Sequence record: KM190144
DNA: 64,000 bases
Origin: Escherichia phage Av-05
Direction: 5' to 3' (one strand)
The notes below the pieces were generated by a model. The model did no database searches. It had not been told where the DNA came from and saw only the letters and a program-made list of their open reading frames with translations. Each line of letters begins with the position of its first letter. Position 1 is the first letter of the stretch. Shown one piece after another: positions 54,977 through 64,000 of this stretch. Both the position numbers and the translations under genes were made by a program.

Positions 54977-55975
54977 ATGCCATCTTACAGAACAAGAACA
55001 TATAAACTAACAATAGGCAAACCAGTATATATCGGAGAAAAGCCTACAAATATTTCCGATTATACAAATAAAAACAGTAAAGATGCTTATGTTGTAAGTA
55101 ATGAGTACGGTTCTGCAAATATAGAATTTGAAGTTAAAAAAGATAACTCGAAAGACCCCAACAAAGGTTACGTAACAATTTACAATTTGAGTGATGAAAC
55201 AGTTAGCTATTTAGATGCTAACCAGAGAGAATCTATAGCCATAGTGTTGGAGGCTGGGTTTGATGGTGAAAACCAAATGTTATTCTCTGGGACAGTAGAG
55301 TTTGTTCAGGATAAATGGGATGGAAATACCCGCCAAACAAAGATGATCCTTGGTGATGCAACCACAAATATTATGACTGCTAAAACAGCAAGATCATATA
55401 AAAAAGGAACACCTTTAGATACTGTTCTTAATGATTTGATTTCCGATTTAAAATTACCTATCGGAAAAGTTGTTAAATTCGGGAATAGGACTCTTCAACA
55501 ATCAATGGCATTCACAGGGAATGCTGCTAATAATCTTGAGAGATTAGCCAGAAATACAGGTTCCACATTTAGTGTCCAGGATGGCGCTGTGTACTGGACA
55601 ACACAAGGTAAAAGATTTAAGAACGCTGTTTTTGAAATAAGCGCAGAATCTGGGATGCATGATTCTCCAACCCCACAGAATCCAGAACCTGCTAAAAGAA
55701 GACTTGAGAAAGAAAGCAAAAAGAAAAAAAGGAAACCTAAACCTGGCACGGATACAAGACCAAGTAGAGCAAGAATAAAAGAAGACGCTGGGTTGGTTGT
55801 AACCACAGAGCTTAATGGGGCAATTATTCCTGAGAGCACAATTTATTTGAAGAGTCATAAATATACAGGTTTCTATAAAGTAGTATATTTGACACACAAA
55901 GGGCAACTTGAAGGTGGAGATTGGATTTCCGAAATTGGCCTTGCTGAAGCCCGTGGTGGTGTTGTGGAGGAATAA
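54977..55975 (+). CDS. Baseplate hub-like protein (332 aa)
   Basis: Synteny before spike protein; GAGGAG RBS. Confidence 0.45.
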   Translation: MPSYRTRTYKLTIGKPVYIGEKPTNISDYTNKNSKDAYVVSNEYGSANIEFEVKKDNSKDPNKGYVTIYNLSDETVSYLDANQRESIAIVLEAGFDGENQMLFSGTVEFVQDKWDGNTRQTKMILGDATTNIMTAKTARSYKKGTPLDTVLNDLISDLKLPIGKVVKFGNRTLQQSMAFTGNAANNLERLARNTGSTFSVQDGAVYWTTQGKRFKNAVFEISAESGMHDSPTPQNPEPAKRRLEKESKKKKRKPKPGTDTRPSRARIKEDAGLVVTTELNGAIIPESTIYLKSHKYTGFYKVVYLTHKGQLEGGDWISEIGLAEARGGVVEE

Positions 55976-56676
55976 TGGCAGCAATTCAAAGAATGGACGC
56001 AGCATTGAATCAGTGGTTTGCGAGACAAGCCAGAGACATCCATACAGGATTAAGGGCGAAGGTTGTTGAGGTTGATTATAGCATACCCTCAGCAACTGTA
56101 CAACCTTTAGCATCCACCAATTTCGATGACGGAACAGTAGATGCATATCCTGCTGTTTTCGATGTGCCGCTTTCGATGCCAAGCGCAAACGGCGGTAAGG
56201 CAAGACTTACATTGCCTGTTAAACCCGGTGATATTGTCGGGTTATCTTTTTCAGAGAGAAATGAGTCAGATGCTAATGACTTAACGACACACGGTTTATT
56301 TCCTGGGTGGTCAATCATTGGTGTTCACAGTGATGGGAATGCAATGGTTATCGACCCAAACAATGTGGAATTATGGAACGATCAAGTTCATTTCTCTCTT
56401 GCCCCTGAAGGAGATTTTGTATTAAAAGGCCCAGTGGGAACATTTACTGTTGATAAAGATGGCAAAATGTCTTTTACCAACGGGTCTGCGACATTGACAG
56501 CGAAGCCTGATGGGAATATAGAGATGAATGGGGCGAAGGTGACACCAGATGGGAATATTGTGACAGCTAGAGGTGTGAATTTAAATGATTTCTACGACTG
56601 GTTTGCAAGGCACACACACCACTATGTTTGGACAGACCCATCTGGTGAAAGTGACACAAATGTCCCTAACAAATAA
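55975..56676 (+). CDS. Baseplate central spike protein (gpV/gp45-like, 233 aa)
   Basis: OB-fold-like N-terminus, Gly-rich beta-helix-like repeats and C-terminal ARHTHH His cluster typical of spike tips. Confidence 0.55.
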   Translation: MAAIQRMDAALNQWFARQARDIHTGLRAKVVEVDYSIPSATVQPLASTNFDDGTVDAYPAVFDVPLSMPSANGGKARLTLPVKPGDIVGLSFSERNESDANDLTTHGLFPGWSIIGVHSDGNAMVIDPNNVELWNDQVHFSLAPEGDFVLKGPVGTFTVDKDGKMSFTNGSATLTAKPDGNIEMNGAKVTPDGNIVTARGVNLNDFYDWFARHTHHYVWTDPSGESDTNVPNK

Positions 56677-56685
56677 GGAGTCTAA

Positions 56686-57213
56686 ATGGCAACTCTCTAT
56701 TCTGATTTATTAATGGATCCTGTTACTGGGGATCTCGATGTCTCAGAAGGTCTTAAACTGATAGAATCAAACCAAGTTAGTCTTCGTCAACGTTTATGGC
56801 TAAGGTTTAATGTCTGGCAAGGAGACTGGTATTTCGATGAGACATTCGGATTCCCATATCGAACATATATTAGCAAGAAGGTTATGAAGACTGTACTTGA
56901 TAATAAGATAAAAGAGGTGACGAGGCAGGAACCGGACGTTTTGGAAATAACTTATTTTCATTCCACAATGGATTCAGGAACAAGAAGCTATCAAGCATAT
57001 TTTGAAGTGACAACCAAAGAACAAGAGGTTGTTAGGATTGCCTTTATAGGGCAGGATGAGTATTATTATCCAGAAGCTGATGCAGGGACAACAATCCTTT
57101 GCGATGATGATGGCTGGATACTTTGGGCTAACAAACTCTATTATCTCATCAATTTCCGTTTGCCTCGTACAGGCGACGCAACTTGGTGGAATAAGTGGGC
57201 AACTAATGAATAA
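56686..57213 (+). CDS. Baseplate wedge protein (gp25/gpW-like, 175 aa)
   Basis: Synteny between spike and baseplate J-like gene. Confidence 0.45.
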   Translation: MATLYSDLLMDPVTGDLDVSEGLKLIESNQVSLRQRLWLRFNVWQGDWYFDETFGFPYRTYISKKVMKTVLDNKIKEVTRQEPDVLEITYFHSTMDSGTRSYQAYFEVTTKEQEVVRIAFIGQDEYYYPEADAGTTILCDDDGWILWANKLYYLINFRLPRTGDATWWNKWATNE

Positions 57214-57216
57214 TGG

Positions 57217-57243
57217 AAAGGGGCATAAGCCCCTTTATTTGTG
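57217..57243 (+). terminator. Rho-independent terminator-like hairpin
   Basis: AAAGGGGC-ATAA-GCCCCTTT followed by ATTTGTGTTT. Confidence 0.5.
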
Positions 57244-57318
57244 TTTACTATTTATAATTAAGACATATTGTGGTAAAATAACCACATCTTATAATAATTT
57301 ACAAGAGGAGGCATAATC

Positions 57319-57633
57319 GTGGCTGCTCAATTTGGATTAAATGACTACGGTTTTTCAATTCCGTCCCTTGATGACTTGATAACAGATACCAAGCAATCCC
57401 TTATTAGAGCTTTTGGTGAAAACTTTAACACCCAAACTAACTCCGTTGTTGATAAGATCACTACTATTTTCAACGAAAGGGAATATCAATTAATTCTTTT
57501 GGCTGCATCTATTTATGCAGCACAAACGTTAGCAGGGGCAGAAGGTATATATCTTGACGAGATTCTTGGTCGTCGTGGGATATTCCGTAGAGGAAAAACC
57601 AAAGGGTCCGGTACTGGTTCAAATGGTAATTAA
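57319..57633 (+). CDS. Baseplate J-like protein, N-terminal segment (GTG start); frame breaks relative to downstream segment
   Basis: AGGAGG RBS; ends ...LDEILGRRGIFRRGKTKGSGTG then stop. Confidence 0.45.
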   Translation: MAAQFGLNDYGFSIPSLDDLITDTKQSLIRAFGENFNTQTNSVVDKITTIFNEREYQLILLAASIYAAQTLAGAEGIYLDEILGRRGIFRRGKTKGSGTGSNGN

Positions 57634-58813
57634 TAACACAGTGCCGTATAATATGATTTATGATGCCGCAACATACAGTATTGACGGTGGGAATTTTGTG
57701 TTAACAGAAGATACTGCCGTTGCTGGTAATATCATAGCGCAGCAAATAACCAATCAGGATTGGGTTCTTGGTAACTACACCATCCAGATAGTTAACCAGA
57801 ATGATGGGACAACAAAGACACTGAACCTATCTCTGAAAAACAAAACCCCAAACAGCACCGAATTAAACTCTTTTATGATGGCTATGAAAGAGTTTATAGT
57901 CGATAATACAACTTATCTGAACGAAGATAAGATCTTTATCGAATCTTCTTCAGGAAGTATGTTTATAGGTTATGATCAAAATAAGAAAATGATTGGTCTT
58001 AATGCTCCTGTTGACTTTAGAACATCACCCCTGCTTGGTCAAAGAACAATAACCATGGATGTTATTGCTGTTGAAGCAGGAGAAATATCTAGAGAAGCAG
58101 AGACAGTTACCAACATAAGCCCGACACCAAGTGGTTTTGTTAGCTTGACGAACAGGGAAGCATTTAGTGATGGTACAGATGTTGAGACGGATACAGAATA
58201 TAAGCTGAGGGCTTCGAGCACCACATCAACAGGTGCTGCCGCAACACGGCCAGCTATTGTTTCTGCTGTTTTAAATGTGCCTGGTGTAAGTAAGGTTAAA
58301 ATTTTCTCCAACAATACTGGTGTGACAAACGAGTACGGTGTTCCAGCGTATAAGTTTGAGACAGTAGTCTATGGTGGGGCCACAGAAGATATCAGTAAGG
58401 CACTTTATAATACCATAGCACTCTCTAATGCTACTTATGGTGATGTATTCTATGATGTGACTACAGAAGATGACCAAGTAGAAAGAATTTATCATAGCAA
58501 GGCAAAAGTAAGGCAACTTGAAATTCGTGTCAGATATAAAGGTAAATTACTATCCCTTACAGAACAGAACACGATCAGGGATTCCCTTAAAGCTGTTGTT
58601 GATCCTCTTAACATTGCAGATACGTTGTACAATATCCAACTTGTTTCTGCTGTGGGGTCATCCATCTCATCAGGTAGATTTACTCAACTTTTAGTAGATG
58701 TCAAAAACAAAGGTGAACCAGACAGTACGTATACTAATGATGATATTGTTGCTACTATGACAGAAGTTTTCGCTGTAGAGTTAAATGACATAACTTTCCA
58801 GCAAGTTCTTTAA
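57554..58813 (+). CDS. Baseplate J-like protein, C-terminal segment (+1 frame)
   Basis: 419-aa ORF in +1 frame overlapping upstream segment; no own RBS; frame change at GGAAAAACC (about 57590). Confidence 0.5.
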   Translation: MTRFLVVVGYSVEEKPKGPVLVQMVINNTVPYNMIYDAATYSIDGGNFVLTEDTAVAGNIIAQQITNQDWVLGNYTIQIVNQNDGTTKTLNLSLKNKTPNSTELNSFMMAMKEFIVDNTTYLNEDKIFIESSSGSMFIGYDQNKKMIGLNAPVDFRTSPLLGQRTITMDVIAVEAGEISREAETVTNISPTPSGFVSLTNREAFSDGTDVETDTEYKLRASSTTSTGAAATRPAIVSAVLNVPGVSKVKIFSNNTGVTNEYGVPAYKFETVVYGGATEDISKALYNTIALSNATYGDVFYDVTTEDDQVERIYHSKAKVRQLEIRVRYKGKLLSLTEQNTIRDSLKAVVDPLNIADTLYNIQLVSAVGSSISSGRFTQLLVDVKNKGEPDSTYTNDDIVATMTEVFAVELNDITFQQVL

Positions 58814-58823
58814 GGATGTTATT

Positions 58824-59501
58824 ATGGCAGACTATTTAAAAGATGTAAATCATATACACACACTGCCAGATTTCGTTGAGGGAGGTATTGACTATCTCCC
58901 TGGTGATTTTCTGAAAGAGAAAAAGAATCTTGTAAAATTTCTGACAATATACCTTGAAAGATTGAAAGCTGTTGATGAGATGCTTGTAAAGCTATCAGAA
59001 GGTAGATTATTAAGGAATGCCGCAGGGCTGAATCTTGATGAGATAGGTAATCAGGTTGGTATTGAGAGAAACGGGCTTGATGATGCCACCTATAGGGCAA
59101 TAATAATGATCTTGGCTGCTGGATCTGCAAGACACGGTACAAGACCAGAGTTTATTGAAACATTAAATCAACTGTTTGGTGTTGGAAATTTTACAACTTA
59201 CAAAGGGGATAATTACCGTTTTGACGTAAACGTATCGAAAAGCTGTTTCGACTTAGCAGCAGCGATAGATGAGATACTTGACCTATTACCGTTACCAACG
59301 CATCTTAGACTAACAGAGTCTGTGGGTTTGGCGTTTGGTTTTAAGAATGACAAACATGCACTTGGATTCGGATCTGTGACAGAGAAATCAAGAACTGGTG
59401 ATGGTGGTTTAGCCCATCTAGTTTACGTACCGGATCCACCAAGAACATCGGATGACATCCTTATTTATGTTGACAATATTTCTGTAGATGCTACAGAGTA
59501 G
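58824..59501 (+). CDS. Baseplate wedge protein (gpI/gp48-like, 225 aa)
   Basis: Synteny after baseplate J. Confidence 0.4.
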   Translation: MADYLKDVNHIHTLPDFVEGGIDYLPGDFLKEKKNLVKFLTIYLERLKAVDEMLVKLSEGRLLRNAAGLNLDEIGNQVGIERNGLDDATYRAIIMILAAGSARHGTRPEFIETLNQLFGVGNFTTYKGDNYRFDVNVSKSCFDLAAAIDEILDLLPLPTHLRLTESVGLAFGFKNDKHALGFGSVTEKSRTGDGGLAHLVYVPDPPRTSDDILIYVDNISVDATE

Positions 59502-59513
59502 AGGAGACCACAT

Positions 59514-61577
59514 ATGACAGAGGCTATTTTCACAGCCAGAAGAGAAGATGACTCTGTAGCTGTTAGCTTTGACTATGAAACAATATCAAACACAGCTATT
59601 GCTGGAAGAGATTATACACCCAAAGTAGGTACGGCAACAATTCCTAAAGGGGAAAAGTCTGTACAGATACCTGTGGAGATAAAACAACATCCTAAAAACT
59701 CATTACCAAGAGAATTTACCTTGAAAATGAGTAATCCGTCTTTTGGTGCAAGGCTAGACAGGCTGGCTTCCAGATGTGTTATTAGCACCAAGGAGGATAT
59801 GTCTGAGTTGGGGTGGGGAACAAAAGAAGAGAAAATGTTTCTACCTAAATATTGGACAATTGATTCTCAGCCCACAGAAAGTTGCTCTATAATATCTAAT
59901 GGTAATATACTTACAGCTTATATGACTAATAGAACTGTAAGCGGTTTAGCAGGGGTTATTTGGAGCACAAAAGATAAGTATGATCATAAAGGGATCTCTT
60001 TTCAAGATCACACAGATCTTCGAAACGCTAAACTGTGGTTCGATATAGAGTTGGGCGACGGAATGCCTGATTTTAATAATGAGAAATTGACCCCGACATT
60101 AACTCTTAAACTTTTAGATGGGGCGACCCATTATATCCCTCTGTACGCTTATGCTGAAAATATCGGTGAGGATTATAAAAGAGCCACAATCAAACTTGAT
60201 TTTTCAAATTTAAAATCCGGCCCTGATGTGAACGTGCCAGTGGATACCTCTCAAGTGGATCAGTTTTTCTTTTCTATGATATCTGAGAAGTATGCAGAAG
60301 GAGAAGATGTTGTCCCTAAAGAAAATCAGAACCTTATGTTGAAAATAACTCTTAAAGAGCCTGATACAGGCTATACAATGATGAGAGTTAATAATTTGAC
60401 AATTCCTGCACATGATGTGCGTATGTGTACATCCTATGATGATATGTATAACCTGACACCTGAACGAGTGGTGGACAACTGCTTGAAACTTGGGTACAGG
60501 GATATGATAAACCACTATAATGGTATGTCGCATTATTACGAGTTCTCTTGGGAAAGCTCCGCATGGAAACTGAACAAAGATGTCCCTGTCAATAATGCAA
60601 CCCTACAATGGATGAATAACTATTTCGCACTGACACGAGCAAATGGTTATAAGGTTATCAATTCTATTAGTTTTGAGTTGATGAGTACTGTATGTCCGGC
60701 AGAATGGGTGCAGCATGATTGGAATGATGCATTAGCTGAAACAGGATACACACCACCAAGTTGGGTATTATCTCCTAATATTAATGAGGGTATGCAATAT
60801 ATCCAAAGTGTGATAAATAAAATAGCAGCCACATGCGAACAAGCTAACCAGGTTGTTATCATTCAGATAGGGGAGCCTTGGTGGTGGTATAATACTGCTA
60901 CAAATTTACCTTGTGTGTATGATTATACTACAAAAGCGCGTTTTAATGAAGAGACTGGATTGTATGCTCAAGACATGGGGACAATTTATGACTTTAAGAC
61001 CGGAACACCCTATGATGAGTATGTAGATTTTCTAAGACAGTGCTTAGGGGAGCGAGTGGTAAAATTCGGTGCTGATCTTAAAAAATCTTATCCTAATGCA
61101 AAAATAACACTTTTACCGTTTTTACCATCCATTATTGGTAATGGTATTATGGAAAAGATAAATTTCCCTAGTGGTAGTTATACACCTGAGAATTTTGATC
61201 TCTATTGCTCCGAGTGCTATGACTGGTTACTCCAAGGGAAAATGGAAAAATCATTCCAAGCCATCACCATTCCGCGAGATGTCTTAAAATTTAAAGAAGA
61301 TAAGATACATTATCTGGCAGGATTTGTTCCAGACGAAGGGCTAGCACCATTATACGGATTTGACCCTAATTCTAATTATAGAGAATATCTTTGGAAAATG
61401 ATTATAGGGAACATTGTCCTTAATGAGTTTAAGTTTCCAGGTATTTATCAATACATATGGGCGTATCCACAAGTAATGCATGATTCTATAACAGTGCACA
61501 ACTCTCAATCCGCAGTCTTTCATATGGGGCATACAGCATTGAAAGGGTATTTAAAAGATACCCCACCAGAAGTTTAA
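59514..61577 (+). CDS. Tail fiber/tailspike-like structural protein (687 aa)
   Basis: Large ORF between baseplate genes and fiber; GAGGAG RBS. Confidence 0.45.
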   Translation: MTEAIFTARREDDSVAVSFDYETISNTAIAGRDYTPKVGTATIPKGEKSVQIPVEIKQHPKNSLPREFTLKMSNPSFGARLDRLASRCVISTKEDMSELGWGTKEEKMFLPKYWTIDSQPTESCSIISNGNILTAYMTNRTVSGLAGVIWSTKDKYDHKGISFQDHTDLRNAKLWFDIELGDGMPDFNNEKLTPTLTLKLLDGATHYIPLYAYAENIGEDYKRATIKLDFSNLKSGPDVNVPVDTSQVDQFFFSMISEKYAEGEDVVPKENQNLMLKITLKEPDTGYTMMRVNNLTIPAHDVRMCTSYDDMYNLTPERVVDNCLKLGYRDMINHYNGMSHYYEFSWESSAWKLNKDVPVNNATLQWMNNYFALTRANGYKVINSISFELMSTVCPAEWVQHDWNDALAETGYTPPSWVLSPNINEGMQYIQSVINKIAATCEQANQVVIIQIGEPWWWYNTATNLPCVYDYTTKARFNEETGLYAQDMGTIYDFKTGTPYDEYVDFLRQCLGERVVKFGADLKKSYPNAKITLLPFLPSIIGNGIMEKINFPSGSYTPENFDLYCSECYDWLLQGKMEKSFQAITIPRDVLKFKEDKIHYLAGFVPDEGLAPLYGFDPNSNYREYLWKMIIGNIVLNEFKFPGIYQYIWAYPQVMHDSITVHNSQSAVFHMGHTALKGYLKDTPPEV

Positions 61578-61592
61578 GAAGGAGATACTTTT

Positions 61593-62663
61593 ATGGCTAT
61601 ACCAAGTATACCAATCGAGATTTGGGCAGCGGGAGATGTAATTCTCCCTAATACTCACGGGGAGAACAAAATAAGACCTATTGACGACCTTTGGTTAAAA
61701 GGTTGGGATATGGGAGAAAAACCAGCTTGTGAAGAGTTTAACTATGTTCTTCATATGATGACAAGTTGGATAAAATATGTTACAGGGGATCAAATTCCTG
61801 AATTAGATACAAGATTTTTAAGAAGAAGTGAAAATCTGTCTGATTTAGCGGATAAGGAAACATCCAGAGTCAACCTTGATGTGTGGAGCAGATCAGAGGC
61901 CGACAACCGTTACGTGAATGTAACGGGAGATACAATGACAGGAGCTTTGTCATTGCCGAGATTGAATTTTCAACCTTCTGAGACAGATACTGCGTATATC
62001 ACAACTACAAATCCGGCTTCTGACTGGACGTACTGGGATTTTGTTCTTGGAGATAATCCAGGAACAGCAGGGACAAACGGTGTAGATTCTATACGTTTCC
62101 GATTCTCTCCTTCAGGTAACTCTGGGATGTTCACTATGATGGAGCTTAATGCTATTAGCTCCTCAGCGGCTTTGTGTAAAGTAACAGGAAATGTTGTTGC
62201 CACAGGCACTGTACAAGGAACAAATGTTAATGGCACAAATGCAACATTCACCACAACAAGAACATCCTCTTTGACGGCTACAGGGCAAATTCAAGGTCAA
62301 ACTGTTGTAGCAACAAGCTCATTAACAACACCATATGCAAGGGTTAATGGGGAAGCGAATGTAAATTCACTGGTTGTAAATAATAACTCTGCAAGGGTTG
62401 CGGGGAGAAATATCGTAAGATCTGTTAATGGTGTAGGTGCTGACGGGAATGGTAATGTTAACTTACCAACAGGAAGTGTTCAGCAAATAAGACTTGGTAA
62501 TCGTTTCTCTGCGGGGGTTGTTGAGTCTACGTTTTATCCTGGACATGTAATGACTGGCTGGGCATTTGGTAATAAAAAGGAATTGAGAGGTGGTACGTAT
62601 TACACTGCTCCTTTGCAATATCTTGTGAATGGTCAATGGGTAACAGTAACAAATTTAAACTAA
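61593..62663 (+). CDS. Tail fiber protein (356 aa)
   Basis: Thr/Gly/Asn/Val-rich beta-repeat segments (GTNVNGTNATFTTTRTSSLTATGQIQGQTVVATSSLTT). Confidence 0.6.
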   Translation: MAIPSIPIEIWAAGDVILPNTHGENKIRPIDDLWLKGWDMGEKPACEEFNYVLHMMTSWIKYVTGDQIPELDTRFLRRSENLSDLADKETSRVNLDVWSRSEADNRYVNVTGDTMTGALSLPRLNFQPSETDTAYITTTNPASDWTYWDFVLGDNPGTAGTNGVDSIRFRFSPSGNSGMFTMMELNAISSSAALCKVTGNVVATGTVQGTNVNGTNATFTTTRTSSLTATGQIQGQTVVATSSLTTPYARVNGEANVNSLVVNNNSARVAGRNIVRSVNGVGADGNGNVNLPTGSVQQIRLGNRFSAGVVESTFYPGHVMTGWAFGNKKELRGGTYYTAPLQYLVNGQWVTVTNLN

Positions 62664-62666
62664 GGG

Positions 62667-63218
62667 GTGCATATGTACAAAATCTATGGTAATTTTCAGC
62701 CTTACACACCTGAAAGAACAGAGTATAATTCGGCCTTCATAGACACAGGGGCAGGTTTCCTTAAAGACAGTGATGGTAGAGATTGGTATGAATTATCAAA
62801 AGAACTAGCTGATAACAAAGCGGAAAACCAAAAATTTTTGCTTCTGACTTCGGATGATATAGTCCTCTGTGTCTCACAAGACCCAACCGCTTATTTTCCT
62901 TATGGAATGAAAATAGTAGTTATTGAGAATCTTACTGTAAACTTAGACCCTAAACTCGGGCATATAAAATTTACAGATGGAGAATTTTTTGATTATAACA
63001 AAGAAGCGGTAGAACAAGCTCAATCAATTATAGAAACAGAAATGATGTGGGCTTCTAATCAAATCTCTACCTTGGAGGATATGATCTCTATGGGATTGGG
63101 TACAGAGAGTAGAAAAAAATATCTGGAAAAATTAAAAGAGTATCGCATAAAACTGTTTTCGTTAGACCCTGAAGAAGATATGAATATTTCTTTACCAGAC
63201 AGACCTTCTAAAAAATAA
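62667..63218 (+). CDS. Tail fiber assembly chaperone (Tfa/gpU-like, 183 aa)
   Basis: Position after fiber gene; C-terminal segment ...LEKLKEYRIKLFSLDPEE resembles Tfa C-termini. Confidence 0.5.
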   Translation: MHMYKIYGNFQPYTPERTEYNSAFIDTGAGFLKDSDGRDWYELSKELADNKAENQKFLLLTSDDIVLCVSQDPTAYFPYGMKIVVIENLTVNLDPKLGHIKFTDGEFFDYNKEAVEQAQSIIETEMMWASNQISTLEDMISMGLGTESRKKYLEKLKEYRIKLFSLDPEEDMNISLPDRPSKK

Positions 63219-63229
63219 GGAGACAAGGA

Positions 63230-63544
63230 ATGTCTATTGACCTATTTGCTATCTTAAAAGCCGTATGGGGTGTATTGACGTTTTTCTTAGTTGGTGTTCT
63301 GAAGTTAACATACTCAGACTATAAAAAGACACAGCAACGTCTTGATGAACTTGATAGGGACATCATAAGAATTAAGGCAGAGATGGTCACTAAAGAGAAA
63401 CTTGATGAGATTCTTGATAAAAAACTGAAAGCTGTCCGCGATGATGTTTCAGATTTTAGAAAAGACTTAAAAGAGGATGTGAGCAGTTTGAGAGTTGATC
63501 TTATAGACCAGCTTAAAATTCTTATAGAGAGTCAAATGAAATGA
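63230..63544 (+). CDS. Membrane-anchored coiled-coil protein (104 aa)
   Basis: N-terminal TM LFAILKAVWGVLTFFLVGVL then charged helical region. Confidence 0.45.
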   Translation: MSIDLFAILKAVWGVLTFFLVGVLKLTYSDYKKTQQRLDELDRDIIRIKAEMVTKEKLDEILDKKLKAVRDDVSDFRKDLKEDVSSLRVDLIDQLKILIESQMK

Positions 63545-64000
63545 TAAGTTCTGCACTGTACTTTATATGCTTTGCAGTGCTACTTCTTGATAATGACAAA
63601 GGGATCCGAGCCATGTCAGTATTTGGCATGGTTCATATCGTGGCAGAGAATATACTGTACTGGTGGTTCTGTTCCCATATCTACGCATTTGACTTGTCAC
63701 TCTACCTAACCTTTTGTTGGTTCTTGGATATATCTCTGATTTTCTTTACTGCATGTGCTTTGACAGGATGGAGAAAAAAGCTAATGCTTACACTATCTCT
63801 TCCTGTTCTGTTTTGCCAAATTTTAGTTATGCAGTTCCCATTTATTTTACCAATCGCATTAGGCTTCACGATAAATTCATCATATCCAACATTTATGGAA
63901 GTTCTTTTATTATGCGCAGCATACAAAAGCGGCACAATAAAAGAATTGCTTGAGACTTCTGTTGTTGTTGGTTTCATAATTATAGCCAGAATTGTTCCTG
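63541..64000 (+). CDS. Multi-pass membrane protein (partial; runs off window end)
   Basis: Hand-translated open frame from ATG 63541 with no stop to 64000 (MISSALYFICFAVLLL...); absent from ORF track, presumably because it is incomplete. Confidence 0.45.
   Translation, partial: MISSALYFICFAVLLLDNDKGIRAMSVFGMVHIVAENILYWWFCSHIYAFDLSLYLTFCWFLDISLIFFTACALTGWRKKLMLTLSLPVLFCQILVMQFPFILPIALGFTINSSYPTFMEVLLLCAAYKSGTIKELLETSVVVGFIIIARIVP

Noticed and set aside
1-64000. Prophage/lysogeny module (integrase, repressor, att sites)
   Set aside because: No integrase- or recombinase-like ORF, no CI-like repressor pair and no obvious att-like direct repeats at the window edges; the gene content (tRNA array, NAD salvage, early gene block, intron/intein) fits a virulent phage, so the window is treated as phage genome rather than an integrated element.

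Overview
This window reads as a 64-kb segment of a large, AT-rich tailed dsDNA phage genome with a contractile-tail (Mu/P2-type) structural module; no integrase or lysogeny module was seen. All calls are from manual reading of the sequence and ORF track; no database or covariance-model search was run. Layout: (1) 1-3.6 kb, minus strand: the N-terminal part of a terminase large-subunit gene carrying an intein in its P-loop and followed by a group I intron that runs off the window start, then an i-spanin/o-spanin pair and a 452-aa protein with a nucleotidyltransferase-like motif. (2) 3.7-7.9 kb, minus strand: a cluster of 18 tRNA or tRNA-like genes, several non-canonical, plus one separate tRNA(CAU) at 9.6 kb with its own promoter. 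(3) 10.5-13.6 kb, minus strand: a PRPP-synthetase-like gene and a NAMPT-like gene in one operon, matching the described phage NAD+ reconstitution pathway NARP1, next to a palindromic operator pair and an AT-rich candidate origin. (4) 14.2-26.3 kb, plus strand: about 25 small early-type genes with repeated sigma70-like promoters, a conserved leader hairpin and a conserved ribosome-binding context. (5) 26.3-28.2 kb: a convergent, repeat-rich noncoding region. (6) 28.2-41.7 kb, minus strand: an accessory block including a class II CCA-adding enzyme, a second nucleotidyltransferase-fold protein, a possible PTH2-like protein, a HigA-like HTH protein, a Dam-like methyltransferase, a ClpP-like protease and a DprA/SLOG-like protein. 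(7) 41.8-64 kb, plus strand: tail fibers, neck proteins, sheath, tube, chaperone with a -1 frameshift site, tape measure, baseplate and distal fibers. The most interesting candidate for a new system is the tRNA array plus CCA-adding enzyme, PTH2-like protein and orphan nucleotidyltransferases, which may form a tRNA-replenishment and repair counter-defence module; this is inference only.
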